Of a DNA stretch of 64,000 bases, positions 8,234 through 18,483 are shown piece by piece (position 1 is the stretch's first letter; each line of letters starts with the position of its first letter). Made by a program: the position numbers and the translations under genes. A model generated the notes under the pieces. It was not told the origin of the DNA, made no database searches, and worked only from the letters and a program-made list of their open reading frames with translations. Source of the stretch: Bacillota bacterium (GTDB lineage: Bacteria; Bacillota; JAAYKD01); NCBI GenBank assembly GCA_012522585.1, contig JAAYKD010000069.1, positions 1,602-65,601 of the forward strand, read 5' to 3'.

Positions 8234-10750
8234 CTATTTTACTTTCATCAAGGCATTGAAGAAGGGTTTGTAAGTGCCGTCTGTCTGAGCTCTGTATTGA
8301 GCGTGATAGCCCAGAAGGACTACATCACCTTGACCATATTCAACATGCATAGCAGCTGCTTTTCCGGCAATTAATTCTTCACCGTAGAGCAAACCGCTTT
8401 GTAAAATTTCTCTTTCCGGATAGCTGGCTAAAACTGTGTAATTTTGAGCCTTAGCTGTATCGGTGATGATATAAGCAGGACTGCTGAAGTTCAAGGTTAA
8501 GCCTAACTCAGGCATACCCCAATTGATGGGATGATCTGCATGTTCGGTGCGTAAAGTGGCTCCCTGGGTGAAAAACTCATCCATGGATTTTCCTTCAACA
8601 ACATTAGTCAAGCCTAACTCTAAAGCTTCCACTGCCCAATCACAAGAACCTGCTTGAGCTACCAAACGTCCGCCAGCTTCAACAAATTCCTTTAAAGCTG
8701 CAACTCCTTCAGCCTTTAAACCGCTCATATAACCTTCAGGCACGGTTCCGATAAAGCGACGCATCCTGGAGAAAGCGGGATCTTTGGTGATATCGGTGAG
8801 CATGCCTTTGCGATCGGCAGGAATAAAGATAACATCGTATTTGTCGATTAAATTGCCCTTTTGAACTTCTTCATCCATGATGTTGACGTAAGGGAATTCA
8901 AATTGTTCTAAGACCAAACGAGTCCAACCTTCGTCCATAGAGCCGCCTAGATAGCGCTTATAAAGAGCCAGACGCTTTGCTTCGTAGGGAATAATTTCAG
9001 CTTCGGCTAAGGGGCCTTCGAAGGGTACTATATCAATACCCAGCTCTTGGCCGCCGGCTTTTAAGATTTCCTGACCTTGGGCTTCGGCAACAAAATCGCC
9101 GCAGCAACGGGTTCGCCAGACCTTAATACCTTGAGCTAAGAGACGATTGGCTAAACGGAAAGAAGCATTGAGATTTCCACCAAAGACATAGGCTTCATGC
9201 TGATTGGCTTCTTCAAAAATTGCCTGCATGGGGGGAACTTCGGTCAGAAGTTTTGTTTTGCCCTCAATTGGATCTTCAGCTTCTATGATGTAAACACCCA
9301 TATACTCGCCGTAAGTATCGGTGGTGGTATCATAGATATTAGAAGCATTATTGAAGCGACGGCTGAACCAGTTATCATTGAAGAATGTTCTGGCTAAGAG
9401 GGTGCGAATAGCTGCTCTCTTGGGCTGAGACGCGTAAATAACGATGGAACCTTCAGGGGCTGTTTCACAACCGCTTGAGACGCATTCTTCGGCAATATGC
9501 AACTCGAAGCCCTGTTGTTCTAAAACTTTAATCAATTTATAAGCCGTAACCGGATCGTTTTGCAGATCAGCAGGAATGATGAAGCCATAAGGCTTTTCCA
9601 TTTCGCCCAGTTCGGTCTGTCTTTGTGCCTTCTTAATGGCATTGCGCAGGATGATATCCTTGTTTCGAGCTGCACAATCTAAGAGTGCCCAAGAAGTAAT
9701 CTTTTGTTGCTCGACGATATCTCTCAAGGTCCACCAGCCACCGGGCCAAGGATGAACAAAATCAACCTGTTGTTGGTGTACCGGGAAAGTGCGATCATTA
9801 GCACCTTGCAATTGCTCCGGAGCAATGTAGATCGGGCTTGCCGTCTTGACATTGGCCGATTCAGTCAACATACCGGCAATATTATGGTGATTGGTAAACC
9901 AGTGGAAGCCCATATGGCCCCAAGCAGGGAATTGACCTCCGCTTAAGATGCCTCTTTTCCCTTCCTCTTCCAGGCGATAACCCATGTGAGCTCCATACAT
10001 GCGCAGCTCACTCCAGACTAATGGGTCCGGATTGGGATGAATGGGGTCACTATAGGGGGAAATGTAAAGGCGAGCACCATAAGAGCCGAAATGATGATGA
10101 TCTTGGAAAGCATGGGGATTCCATTTTTGGAACATGATTTCTCCCACATAGCGAGATTCGATCAAGTTCCAAGCAAAAGCATCGCGATTGTTGTCGTGAC
10201 CACAATACTTATGATAGAGCCAAGGCAAACCTGCTCCTTCATATTCTGTGCCCAAATATTTGTTATACCAGTCGGTGACCATGATTTGGCCATCCGGGTT
10301 AAAACAAGGAACTATGATGGAAATAGTTTCATCTAAAATTCTTAAACCCTCTTCACTCTCAGTAGTCAAGAGATCATAGACCAGCTCAGGCGCCATTTGG
10401 GTGCCTCCAACCTCGCTGGCGTGCAAGCTCATAGTCTGAACTACTATGGCTTTGCCTTCCTTAACCAGTTCATCTAAGCGTTCTTCTTCAATTCCACGAG
10501 GATCAGTAATCTGCTTGTTGATCAGCCTTAATTCTTCTAGCCTAGCTAAGTTTTCAGGGGAAGATATATAGGCTACTAAAAATGGATGTCCCTCAGTTGA
10601 AGGTCCCATATTTTCGAGGATCATGCGGTCGCTCTCTTTGGCTAAGAGCTCCAAATAGTCGACGATCTTTTCCCATCTGACCAGCTTACGATCCTCTCCC
10701 AGTTGGTGACCAAAATAACTAATTGGAGATGTGACTTTGACTTGACTCAT
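8234..10750 (-). CDS. Large M14-family metallocarboxypeptidase-like protein (about 838 aa)
   Basis: M14 signatures HASE (HxxE zinc site), NPDG, and D-NNRD-F resembling the NRNF motif. The ORF track begins at GTG. An ATG with AAAGGAG RBS (MSQVKV..) is the likelier start. Confidence 0.6.
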   Translation of the reverse strand: MSQVKVTSPISYFGHQLGEDRKLVRWEKIVDYLELLAKESDRMILENMGPSTEGHPFLVAYISSPENLARLEELRLINKQITDPRGIEEERLDELVKEGKAIVVQTMSLHASEVGGTQMAPELVYDLLTTESEEGLRILDETISIIVPCFNPDGQIMVTDWYNKYLGTEYEGAGLPWLYHKYCGHDNNRDAFAWNLIESRYVGEIMFQKWNPHAFQDHHHFGSYGARLYISPYSDPIHPNPDPLVWSELRMYGAHMGYRLEEEGKRGILSGGQFPAWGHMGFHWFTNHHNIAGMLTESANVKTASPIYIAPEQLQGANDRTFPVHQQQVDFVHPWPGGWWTLRDIVEQQKITSWALLDCAARNKDIILRNAIKKAQRQTELGEMEKPYGFIIPADLQNDPVTAYKLIKVLEQQGFELHIAEECVSSGCETAPEGSIVIYASQPKRAAIRTLLARTFFNDNWFSRRFNNASNIYDTTTDTYGEYMGVYIIEAEDPIEGKTKLLTEVPPMQAIFEEANQHEAYVFGGNLNASFRLANRLLAQGIKVWRTRCCGDFVAEAQGQEILKAGGQELGIDIVPFEGPLAEAEIIPYEAKRLALYKRYLGGSMDEGWTRLVLEQFEFPYVNIMDEEVQKGNLIDKYDVIFIPADRKGMLTDITKDPAFSRMRRFIGTVPEGYMSGLKAEGVAALKEFVEAGGRLVAQAGSCDWAVEALELGLTNVVEGKSMDEFFTQGATLRTEHADHPINWGMPELGLTLNFSSPAYIITDTAKAQNYTVLASYPEREILQSGLLYGEELIAGKAAAMHVEYGQGDVVLLGYHAQYRAQTDGTYKPFFNALMKVK

Positions 10751-10931
10751 ATATTCCACTCCTTTGTTTTTTATGGTAAGCTAAAGAACTTACCGGTCTC
10801 TTATATTAATTGGCAATTGCCATGTAAAAATCCTTCTATTGACGGAATAATTTTTCTATTCTAACTTAAAAATTGCTAAAAGGAAGGTGCAGCCTGAAAA
10901 GCGAATCTATCCTTAAGTAAAAGGAGCTGGC

Positions 10932-11993
10932 ATGATGAAATCTAAGCATAGGATAATTTTCCTCTTTGTTTTAATAACTATACTATTGGGCACTGGTTGC
11001 TCAAATTTCAAAAGCAATGAGACCACCTTAAAAGAGGCCAATGGTTTTGCCTTAGGAGGTCTTATTCAATATAAATTGATCGGTGAAAAGGAAAGTACCG
11101 AACTAGCATTTCAAGAGATCAGCCAGCTTTTAAAAGAATTAGAGGATGAATTCAGTGCCAATGATCAAAATTCATTTCTTTCAACCTTGACTGAAGAGGC
11201 CTATCAAGAAAAGATAAAAATCAGCGACAATTTCAAAGCCATGATCGAATTGGCTTGGGATTTGGAGGAGTTGAGCGAAGGAAAATTTACACCTTTGGTT
11301 GGACCCTTGGTAAAACTCTGGAATATCGGTTTCAGCGATGCCAAGAAGCCTGGAGATAACTCGATCAAAGAGCTCTTGCCTTTATTAGTCAAAGAGAATT
11401 TGCTCATAGAAGAAGTAGGCGATGACTCTTTTATTTCCTTCCTCCAGCCTGCTATGTCCTTAGATCTAGGAGCCATCGTCAAAGGCTACGCCGCTCAAGA
11501 GGCTCTGAGGATCTGTCGACAACAGAATTTAAAGGGTGCTCTAATTTCTATTAATGGCAATTTAGCCGTTTATGGTCAGAATACAAATGATTCTCCTTGG
11601 CGGATTGGTTTGATCGATCCAGAAAGAGCGAGCAACGATATCATCGGAAGTTTCACAGGAGAAAACATTACAGTAGCTACTTCCGGCGATTACGAGCGTT
11701 ATTTCATTGAAGATGGTCTAGTCTATCATCATATCCTGGATGCTACTAATGGCTACCCGGTCGACTCCGACTTAAGGGCTGTTTCCATAATTTCAGAGCA
11801 AGGAGCTTTAGCCGATGGTCTTTCCACCGTTGCCTTCCTCTTAGGCAAGGATAAGGGGATGGCTCTCTTGGATAATTATGAAAATCTCGACTACCTTCTG
11901 GTAGCTAAGGATAACAGCCTCTGGAGCAAGGATGAATTTAAGGAAAACTTCATCATAACAAACGATAATTACCATTGGGGTGAGGTGAAATAA
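10932..11993 (+). CDS. apbE: FAD:protein FMN transferase ApbE (lipoprotein)
   Basis: Lipobox LLGTGC. ApbE motifs TSGDYERYF and HHILDATNGYP. Confidence 0.9.
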   Translation: MMKSKHRIIFLFVLITILLGTGCSNFKSNETTLKEANGFALGGLIQYKLIGEKESTELAFQEISQLLKELEDEFSANDQNSFLSTLTEEAYQEKIKISDNFKAMIELAWDLEELSEGKFTPLVGPLVKLWNIGFSDAKKPGDNSIKELLPLLVKENLLIEEVGDDSFISFLQPAMSLDLGAIVKGYAAQEALRICRQQNLKGALISINGNLAVYGQNTNDSPWRIGLIDPERASNDIIGSFTGENITVATSGDYERYFIEDGLVYHHILDATNGYPVDSDLRAVSIISEQGALADGLSTVAFLLGKDKGMALLDNYENLDYLLVAKDNSLWSKDEFKENFIITNDNYHWGEVK

Positions 11994-11994
11994 G

Positions 11995-12537
11995 ATGAAT
12001 ACTCAGAAGATGTTGCGTTTAAGCCTGGCTTTGAGTTTAGGCCTAAGCTTGCATGTGATTGAAAGGATGCTGCCTTTACCGGCTCTGCCTTTCCCCGGAG
12101 TCAAACTAGGCTTAGCCAATCTGATCAGTTTAGGTGCAATCTTTTGGTTTTCCTATAAGGAAAGCCTTACCTTGATTATTTTGCGCTGTGTCTTAGCTTC
12201 CTTTTTTGGAGGTGGTTTTTCCGCTTTTCTCTACTCGTTGAGCGGCGCCTTTTTCAGCTTCAATCTGATCTGGTTTCTTTCTCATCTCTCTCCTGCCAAT
12301 TTCAGCCTACCAATGATCAGCATGGTCGGGGCAATTGTCCATAATTTCAGCCAAATCATGGTCTCCATCTTTTTAATGGAAACCTTAGGGCTCTTGATCT
12401 ATCTGCCAATTCTGATCATAGCCGGTTCGATCAGCGGCTTAGCCATCGGCCTGACCGGTCTTATCTTAATTCGCAATTTACACAAGAGCGGACTCTTGCC
12501 CCAAATTGAAGAAAGATTACTACCCTTGTTAAGTTAA
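11995..12537 (+). CDS. Gx-transporter family membrane protein (former heptaprenyl diphosphate synthase component I, PF07456)
   Basis: 5-TM hydrophobic protein. N-terminus LSLALSLGLSLHVIERMLPLP.. is typical of the family. Frequently found adjacent to apbE. Confidence 0.6.
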   Translation: MNTQKMLRLSLALSLGLSLHVIERMLPLPALPFPGVKLGLANLISLGAIFWFSYKESLTLIILRCVLASFFGGGFSAFLYSLSGAFFSFNLIWFLSHLSPANFSLPMISMVGAIVHNFSQIMVSIFLMETLGLLIYLPILIIAGSISGLAIGLTGLILIRNLHKSGLLPQIEERLLPLLS

Positions 12538-12920
12538 TGCCAATTCTGATCATAGCCGGTTCGATCAGCGGCTTAGCCATCGGCCCGAGCAGTCTTATCC
12601 TAATTCGCAATTTACATAAGAGCGGACTCTTGCCCCAAATTGAAGAGAGATTACTACCCTTGTTAAGTTAATGCCAATTCTGATCATAGCCGGTTCGATC
12701 AGCGGTTTAGCCATCGGCCTGACCAGACTTATCTTAATTCGCAATTTACATACGAGCGGACTCTTACCCCAAATTGAAGAAAGATTACTACCCTTGTTAA
12801 GTTAATGCCAATTCTGATCATAGCCGGTTCGATCAGCGGTTTAGCCATCGGCCTGACCAGTCTTATCTTAATTCGCAATTTACATACGAGCGGACTCTTA
12901 CCCCAAATTGAAGAGAAAGT
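12405..12920 (+). repeat. Four tandem copies of a 134-bp unit (the last one truncated). Copy 1 is the last 44 codons plus stop of the Gx-transporter gene. Copies 2-4 lie downstream, each retaining the TAA.
   Basis: Unit gccaattctgatcatagccggttcgatcagcgg...cccttgttaagttaat begins at 12405, 12539, 12673 and 12807. A few substitutions distinguish the copies. Confidence 0.9.
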
Positions 12921-13000
12921 AAAACTAGTTTAAAATTAAAAAAAGCCTAAGGTCAAAGAACTCTCATTTTTCCTGAGAAGCTTCTGACCTTAGGCTCTTC

Positions 13001-13318
13001 TTATTTGAAATCGTAAAAGGCTGTTCTGTCTATGATGATGAAGGATACCTTGACTCTCTTATAACCTAAATTTTTCATGAAATCTGCGATGACCTGAGCT
13101 GCTTCATCCTGTTGCTCCTGAGGCCGATCGAACCAATGAACTTCAATCATCGGATAACTTTCAATCAAGCCTGATTCATCAAAATGGGTGGTCTGGGTCA
13201 ATTCAAGGGTGAAGACTCTTTTTTCACATTGAGCAACTTGAGATAATTTTTCAATCAGGGGCTGAGCTAAAGTTTGCAAATCACTGGGCTTAACTCCGCG
13301 AAAGACTAATGTTGGCAT
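13001..13318 (-). CDS. Small conserved hypothetical protein. It has an N-terminal Pro after Met and may belong to the tautomerase/DUF1904-like superfamily.
   Basis: ORF only (MPTLVFRGV...). No diagnostic motif beyond the N-terminal Pro. Confidence 0.35.
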   Translation of the reverse strand: MPTLVFRGVKPSDLQTLAQPLIEKLSQVAQCEKRVFTLELTQTTHFDESGLIESYPMIEVHWFDRPQEQQDEAAQVIADFMKNLGYKRVKVSFIIIDRTAFYDFK

Positions 13319-13337
13319 TTAAGTTCCCCCTTCAATC

Positions 13338-13826
13338 TTATTTTTTATACATTTTTTCATACAAGGCAGGAATTATACATTCAGGCACCAAGCCTTCCAA
13401 TTTTCCTCCGTAAGAAGCGATCTCTTTAACAGTTGAGGATGAAACAAAAGCTAAATTCTGTTTTGTCATGAGAAAACACATCTCTATATCATCGTCCAAA
13501 AACTGATTGGCTGCGGCAATTTGAAACTCATATTCAAAATCCATCATGGCCCTCAAGCCACGGACTATGGTCTTAGCTCCAATTTCATTGCAGAAATCAA
13601 CGGAAAGACCTGTGTAATGAGCTATTTTAACCTGAGGGTTTTCATTAATCGCACATTCCATCAGATAGAGGCGCTCTTCTAAATTAAACATGGTGACCTT
13701 GGTCGGATGATTTAAAATAGTCACATAGACCTCGTCAAATAATTTACATGCTCTTTTAATAATATCCATATGCCCATTGGTAATTGGGTCAAATGTACCT
13801 GGATACATTGCTATTTTCTTTGCCAA
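13338..13826 (-). CDS. coaD: Phosphopantetheine adenylyltransferase
   Basis: YPGTFDPITNGH nucleotidyltransferase motif. 162 aa. Confidence 0.93.
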   Translation of the reverse strand: MAKKIAMYPGTFDPITNGHMDIIKRACKLFDEVYVTILNHPTKVTMFNLEERLYLMECAINENPQVKIAHYTGLSVDFCNEIGAKTIVRGLRAMMDFEYEFQIAAANQFLDDDIEMCFLMTKQNLAFVSSSTVKEIASYGGKLEGLVPECIIPALYEKMYKK

Positions 13827-13888
13827 ATTTTTCGGCCTCCTTTTATTTTCTCCTTAAAAACATTCTTTTAAGCTGCTCTTTCAAAAAA

Positions 13889-14848
13889 CTATTCTGCTTC
13901 GAGCTCCTCTTTCTGTTCAGGCTCAACATGCTCAGTCAGAGCATTGAAGGTCTCTTTTATAGTAGCTGTTGTATTGACAATTTTTTGCACGTCTGAGGGA
14001 ATAATCAGCTTGGTGGCTTGACCATCGGCTACTTTTTCCAGAGCTTCATAGCTTTTTAAAGTTAGATAAGCCTGAGTCGGAGCAGCCTTGGAAATCAATT
14101 CTATACTGCGAGCTTGAGCTTCTGCCATCAAGATGACTGCCTCTGCCTGGCCTTCTGCTTCCGTTATAGCTGCTTTTTTAGCCGCTTCAGCTTTTAAAAT
14201 AACTGCTTCTCTTTCACCTTCAGCCCCCATGATGACAGCTCTTTTTTCACCTTCGGCTCGTAAGATCTGCTCGCGGCGCTCTCTTTCAGCACGCATCTGC
14301 TTTTCCATGGCGTCTTGAATATCCCTGGGGGGTATGATGTTTTTCAATTCTACTCTGTTGATTTTAATACCCCAAGGGTCTGTAGCCTCATCAACAATAG
14401 AACGAACTTGAGCATTGATCGTATCCCTGGAAGTCAGGCATTCGTCTAATTCCAAATCACCGATGATGTTTCTCAAAGTTGTCGCTGTCAGGTTTTCAAT
14501 AGCTACAATAGGCCGATCCACCCCATAGGTATAGAGCTTGGCGTCAGTGATAAAGTAATAGACGACTGTGTCGATTTGAATGGTCACATTGTCTTTGGTA
14601 ATGACAGGCTGAGGGGGAAAATCCGCCACCTGTTCTTTCATGGAAACCCGATTGGAGATATAATCAATTATTGGCACCAGAAAATGCAAACCTGTGCTCA
14701 AGGTGGCATTATAGGCACCTAGGCGTTCAACTACATAAACCTCTGACTGAGGCACAATTCTGACATATTTAACCAAAACGGCTAAAACAAACACGACTAA
14801 AATCAATAAAGGAATGAGAACAGCAAGACTACTCGTTAAAACTTCCAT
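13889..14848 (-). CDS. SPFH/Band-7 (stomatin/prohibitin-like) membrane protein
   Basis: N-terminal TM segment, SPFH core, and an Ala/Glu-rich C-terminal coiled coil. Adjacent to an NfeD gene. Confidence 0.8.
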   Translation of the reverse strand: MEVLTSSLAVLIPLLILVVFVLAVLVKYVRIVPQSEVYVVERLGAYNATLSTGLHFLVPIIDYISNRVSMKEQVADFPPQPVITKDNVTIQIDTVVYYFITDAKLYTYGVDRPIVAIENLTATTLRNIIGDLELDECLTSRDTINAQVRSIVDEATDPWGIKINRVELKNIIPPRDIQDAMEKQMRAERERREQILRAEGEKRAVIMGAEGEREAVILKAEAAKKAAITEAEGQAEAVILMAEAQARSIELISKAAPTQAYLTLKSYEALEKVADGQATKLIIPSDVQKIVNTTATIKETFNALTEHVEPEQKEELEAE

Positions 14849-14863
14849 ACGTTACCTCCTGTT

Positions 14864-15325
14864 TTAATGTTTTTTAAATCCTTTAACCACAAACTTAGCC
14901 CCTTCAACTGCTGTGATTTCCACCACATCATCAATTTGAATAATTTCATCTTCATCCTGTAAAAGCACAACCCATTCTACCCCGTCGATTCTTACTCGAC
15001 CTTTGCCCTCCAAATCGACAGTCTCTGTAACAATGGCTCGACGCCCAATAAAACTATCCACATTGGTGGCAACTGTGCTTTTTTTCAATTTAGTTTGGGT
15101 CCAACGTCTGACCAGAATTAGGAAAACAATGGAAAGAATTAAAAAAACTGCAATCTGAAAGACTTCGTTGATCGGACTATAGGAGAGCAAAAGAACAATC
15201 GCTCCGGCAGCTGCAAACCAAATACTGACCAATTGTCTGGTTAAAATTTCAACAACCAAACTGAATAAGACAACTGCTAACCACAACCAAGTCAAAGGCA
15301 ACACCTCCTTGCCAAAAATCTTCAA
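14864..15325 (-). CDS. NfeD-like membrane protein (short form, OB-fold C-terminus)
   Basis: Two TM helices followed by a beta-rich C-terminal domain. Classic NfeD-stomatin pairing. Confidence 0.7.
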   Translation of the reverse strand: MKIFGKEVLPLTWLWLAVVLFSLVVEILTRQLVSIWFAAAGAIVLLLSYSPINEVFQIAVFLILSIVFLILVRRWTQTKLKKSTVATNVDSFIGRRAIVTETVDLEGKGRVRIDGVEWVVLLQDEDEIIQIDDVVEITAVEGAKFVVKGFKKH

Positions 15326-15328
15326 TCA

Positions 15329-16177
15329 TTATTTTCTAAACCATTCGCAGACTATTAAATCGCTGGGCTCCAATGTGTAACCCGCGGCCAAAACTTCTTC
15401 TCTGACTTTTTGATGATCAGCAGAAAAGACTATGGTAATCTTTTCTACCTGTCTCTGCACTGCCTCTTGATAGGCAAAATTAAATATTTTGCGATAATCC
15501 CCAGCATAAAAAGCAATATGTAGAGCTGTTTCAGGCATGAACCTAGCACCTAAAACCAAAAGATTATCACCTTGTTCATCGTAATAAACTTTCTCTTCCC
15601 GAGCTAAGCCTTTAAACAATTCCTCATTCAAAGGATAAAAAGTTCTATTCATGACAAAATGCTGACCCCAACAGGGGCTTTTTTTATTTAAAAGCAGAAG
15701 GGCTTGCTCTTCGTCTAAAAGCTTAAAACCATGGTCGACAAAAGGCAATTCTTCTGAATGCTGGGCCAACAGAAGGTTGGCACCTCGATAGGTAGCGCTG
15801 ACTTCAAAACCGAATTTTAAGGCTAAACCCTTACTGACAAGATTGTTCAAGCCGGTGTACATCCCCATGCGATTGACCCCTTGCAGGTCGGCCAGTTCAA
15901 AAAAACGACGGTAAAAAGCTTTACCGATACCCCGACCTTGATAAATAGGATCGACTCTCAAGGTTTCCAACCAAACACCACCGTCATAAAGATGGGTATA
16001 TTTGCCGATTCCAGCGATGACCCCATCAACCTCAACGACACCTAACTCACCTACCTGATCGTTAAAAAACTCGTCGGCAACTGCTCTTAAATAATAAAGA
16101 CCTCTGACGGCCGCTGCCTCAACTTCACAGGCTCTTTCCAAATCTGACCACTGAGCTCTTCTGACTCGATATTCCAT
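15329..16177 (-). CDS. GNAT-family N-acetyltransferase, two-domain
   Basis: Acetyl-CoA binding motif QGRGIGKAF..RRFFE in the N-terminal domain. Confidence 0.6.
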   Translation of the reverse strand: MEYRVRRAQWSDLERACEVEAAAVRGLYYLRAVADEFFNDQVGELGVVEVDGVIAGIGKYTHLYDGGVWLETLRVDPIYQGRGIGKAFYRRFFELADLQGVNRMGMYTGLNNLVSKGLALKFGFEVSATYRGANLLLAQHSEELPFVDHGFKLLDEEQALLLLNKKSPCWGQHFVMNRTFYPLNEELFKGLAREEKVYYDEQGDNLLVLGARFMPETALHIAFYAGDYRKIFNFAYQEAVQRQVEKITIVFSADHQKVREEVLAAGYTLEPSDLIVCEWFRK

Positions 16178-16365
16178 AAATGCACCTTCTTCGTACGATT
16201 GACTTTTCTATTAGAAAAATTCGCCGCCTTAGAATTGAATTCCTTGTTTTAAAAATTCTATAAGTTTCTCGAATAAAGGAAAAAAATCAAGAAAAAGAAG
16301 GAAAAGCCTAAGGGTAATGGTGAATATATTAGGGTGATTTAAACTTAGAATGAGGAGGACTATTC

Positions 16366-18426
16366 ATGTTTGACGCACCTTACATATTACGCTTGAGTTC
16401 GGAGGACATTCCCGCTAAGACTCCCGACTTTCTGCCCGGTATTCGCAGAGCGCCTCGCCGGACGGCTCAGCTTTCAGAATCTGACATCAGATTGAGCCTA
16501 AAAAACGCCTTGCGCTACATCCCAGCTTCCCATCAGGAAGAGCTGGCCCAAGAGTTTTTACAGGAATTGCTGACCTATGGCCGTATTTATGGCTACCGCT
16601 TCCGCCCAGAAGGCAGAATCTATGGTAAACCAATAGATGAGTATCCAGGCAAATGCACCGAAGGCAAAGCCTTCATGGTCATGATTGACAACAATTTAGA
16701 TTTTGCTACGGCACTCTATCCCTACGAACTGGTCACCTACGGTGAAACGGGGCAAGTCTGTCAAAACTGGATGCAATATCGCCTGCTGCAAAAATACTTG
16801 GCAGAGGTCACCGAAGAGACAACTTTAGTGGTTGATTCCGGCCATCCTGTCGGTTTGTTCAAATCCCACTCCCTGGCACCCAGAGCTATTTTGACCAATG
16901 GCATGACCATAGGTATTGCCGATGATTTAGAATCATTCAAACGTTTAGCTGCCCTAGGTGTTTCCAATTACGGACAGATGACCGCCGGTGGCTGGATGTA
17001 TATTGGGCCCCAAGGAATCGTTCACGGAACCTATAACACTGTCTTAAACGCTTCCAGAAGAATCAAACCCGGTGCCACCGATATGACAGGTCTCCTGTTC
17101 GTTTCTTCCGGTCTAGGAGGCATGTCTGGAGCCCAAGGCAAGGCTGGTAAAATCGCCGGTGGCGTTTCCCTAGTCGCCGAAGTTGACGAGAGCCGTGTGC
17201 AAACTCGCCACGAGCAAGGCTGGGTCGATTCGGTAACCAGAACACCTCAAGAAGCTTTAGAATTAGCCAAGGAATTCCAGGATAAAAAAGAAGCCACTGC
17301 CATTGCTTATCTGGGCAATATAGTTGACTTACTGGAATATGCCCTGGAAAATGATCATCATATCGATCTTTTATCCGATCAAACCTCCTGCCACGAAGCT
17401 TACGAAGGGGGCTACTGCCCAGTCGGTATGAGCTTCGAAGAACGGACCAAGATGCTCAGAGACGATAAGGCTGAATTCAGTCGTTTAGTCGACATTGGCT
17501 TGAGACGTCACTATGATGTAATCCGCGGTTTGACCGAAAAAGGAACCTATTTCTTTGATTATGGCAACAGCTTCATGAAAGCAGTTTTCGATGCTGGCGT
17601 TCAGGAAATCGCCAAGAATGGCCTCAACACCCTGGATGGTTTCATCTGGCCTTCCTATGTGGAAGACATCCTCGGGCCTGAACTCTTCGACTTTGGCTAC
17701 GGCCCCTTCCGTTGGGTCTGCTTGAGCGGTAAAGAAGAGGATTTAGCCAAAACTGATGCAGCTGCCATGGAAATCATCGATCCGGAAAGACGCTATCAGG
17801 ATAGAGACAATTGGGTCTGGATCAAAGATGCCAAGAAAAACCAATTGGTTGTCGGTACCCAAGCCAGAATCCTCTATCAGGATGCCTGGGGACGCACCAA
17901 CATCGCCTTGCGCTTCAACGAGATGGTCAGAAATGGCGAGGTAGGCCCGATCATGCTGGGTCGAGATCACCATGACGTTTCCGGTACAGATTCTCCCTTT
18001 AGAGAAACTTCAAATATTAAAGACGGTTCCAATCTGACTGCTGATATGGCAATCCATTGTTACGCTGGCAATGCCGCCAGAGGCATGTCCTTAGTCGCAT
18101 TACACAACGGTGGCGGCGTTGGCATTGGCAAAGCCATCAATGGTGGCTTCGGTATGGTTTTAGACGGTTCTGAGAGAGTCGATACGGTCTTGAAGATGGC
18201 CATGCCTTGGGATGTCATGAGCGGTGTTGCTAGAAGAGCCTGGGCCCGCAACGAAAATGCCATCACCACTGCAGATGAATGGAACCAACTCTATCACGAA
18301 GATGGCACCAATAGAATCTCCCTGCCCTACCCAACTGAAGAAAGCTTACTGGATGCAACCTTAGAGAAAAACAATCAAGGCGTCCAAGAATTGCTCAAAC
18401 AGATTGATAAGATTTACAAATCCTAA
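16366..18426 (+). CDS. hutU: Urocanate hydratase (long 686-aa form)
   Basis: Urocanase blocks MTAGGWMYIGPQGIVHGT, GGGVGIGKAINGGFGMVLDGS and LGRDHHDVSGTDSP. Confidence 0.9.
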   Translation: MFDAPYILRLSSEDIPAKTPDFLPGIRRAPRRTAQLSESDIRLSLKNALRYIPASHQEELAQEFLQELLTYGRIYGYRFRPEGRIYGKPIDEYPGKCTEGKAFMVMIDNNLDFATALYPYELVTYGETGQVCQNWMQYRLLQKYLAEVTEETTLVVDSGHPVGLFKSHSLAPRAILTNGMTIGIADDLESFKRLAALGVSNYGQMTAGGWMYIGPQGIVHGTYNTVLNASRRIKPGATDMTGLLFVSSGLGGMSGAQGKAGKIAGGVSLVAEVDESRVQTRHEQGWVDSVTRTPQEALELAKEFQDKKEATAIAYLGNIVDLLEYALENDHHIDLLSDQTSCHEAYEGGYCPVGMSFEERTKMLRDDKAEFSRLVDIGLRRHYDVIRGLTEKGTYFFDYGNSFMKAVFDAGVQEIAKNGLNTLDGFIWPSYVEDILGPELFDFGYGPFRWVCLSGKEEDLAKTDAAAMEIIDPERRYQDRDNWVWIKDAKKNQLVVGTQARILYQDAWGRTNIALRFNEMVRNGEVGPIMLGRDHHDVSGTDSPFRETSNIKDGSNLTADMAIHCYAGNAARGMSLVALHNGGGVGIGKAINGGFGMVLDGSERVDTVLKMAMPWDVMSGVARRAWARNENAITTADEWNQLYHEDGTNRISLPYPTEESLLDATLEKNNQGVQELLKQIDKIYKS

Positions 18427-18444
18427 AGAACTTAAAATATTAAA

Positions 18445-18483
18445 GAGCCTCCCTTAAGAAATTAAGGGAGGCCCTTTTTATTT
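18445..18483 (+). terminator. Intrinsic terminator after hutU
   Basis: GCCTCCCTTAAGAAATTAAGGGAGGC followed by TTTTTATTTT. Confidence 0.8.

Noticed and set aside
12405-12920. Regular 134-bp and (at 36341-36765) 85-bp direct repeats considered as possible CRISPR arrays
   Set aside because: Units are contiguous with no unique spacers. They are much longer than CRISPR repeats and are derived from gene 3' ends. No cas genes are nearby.
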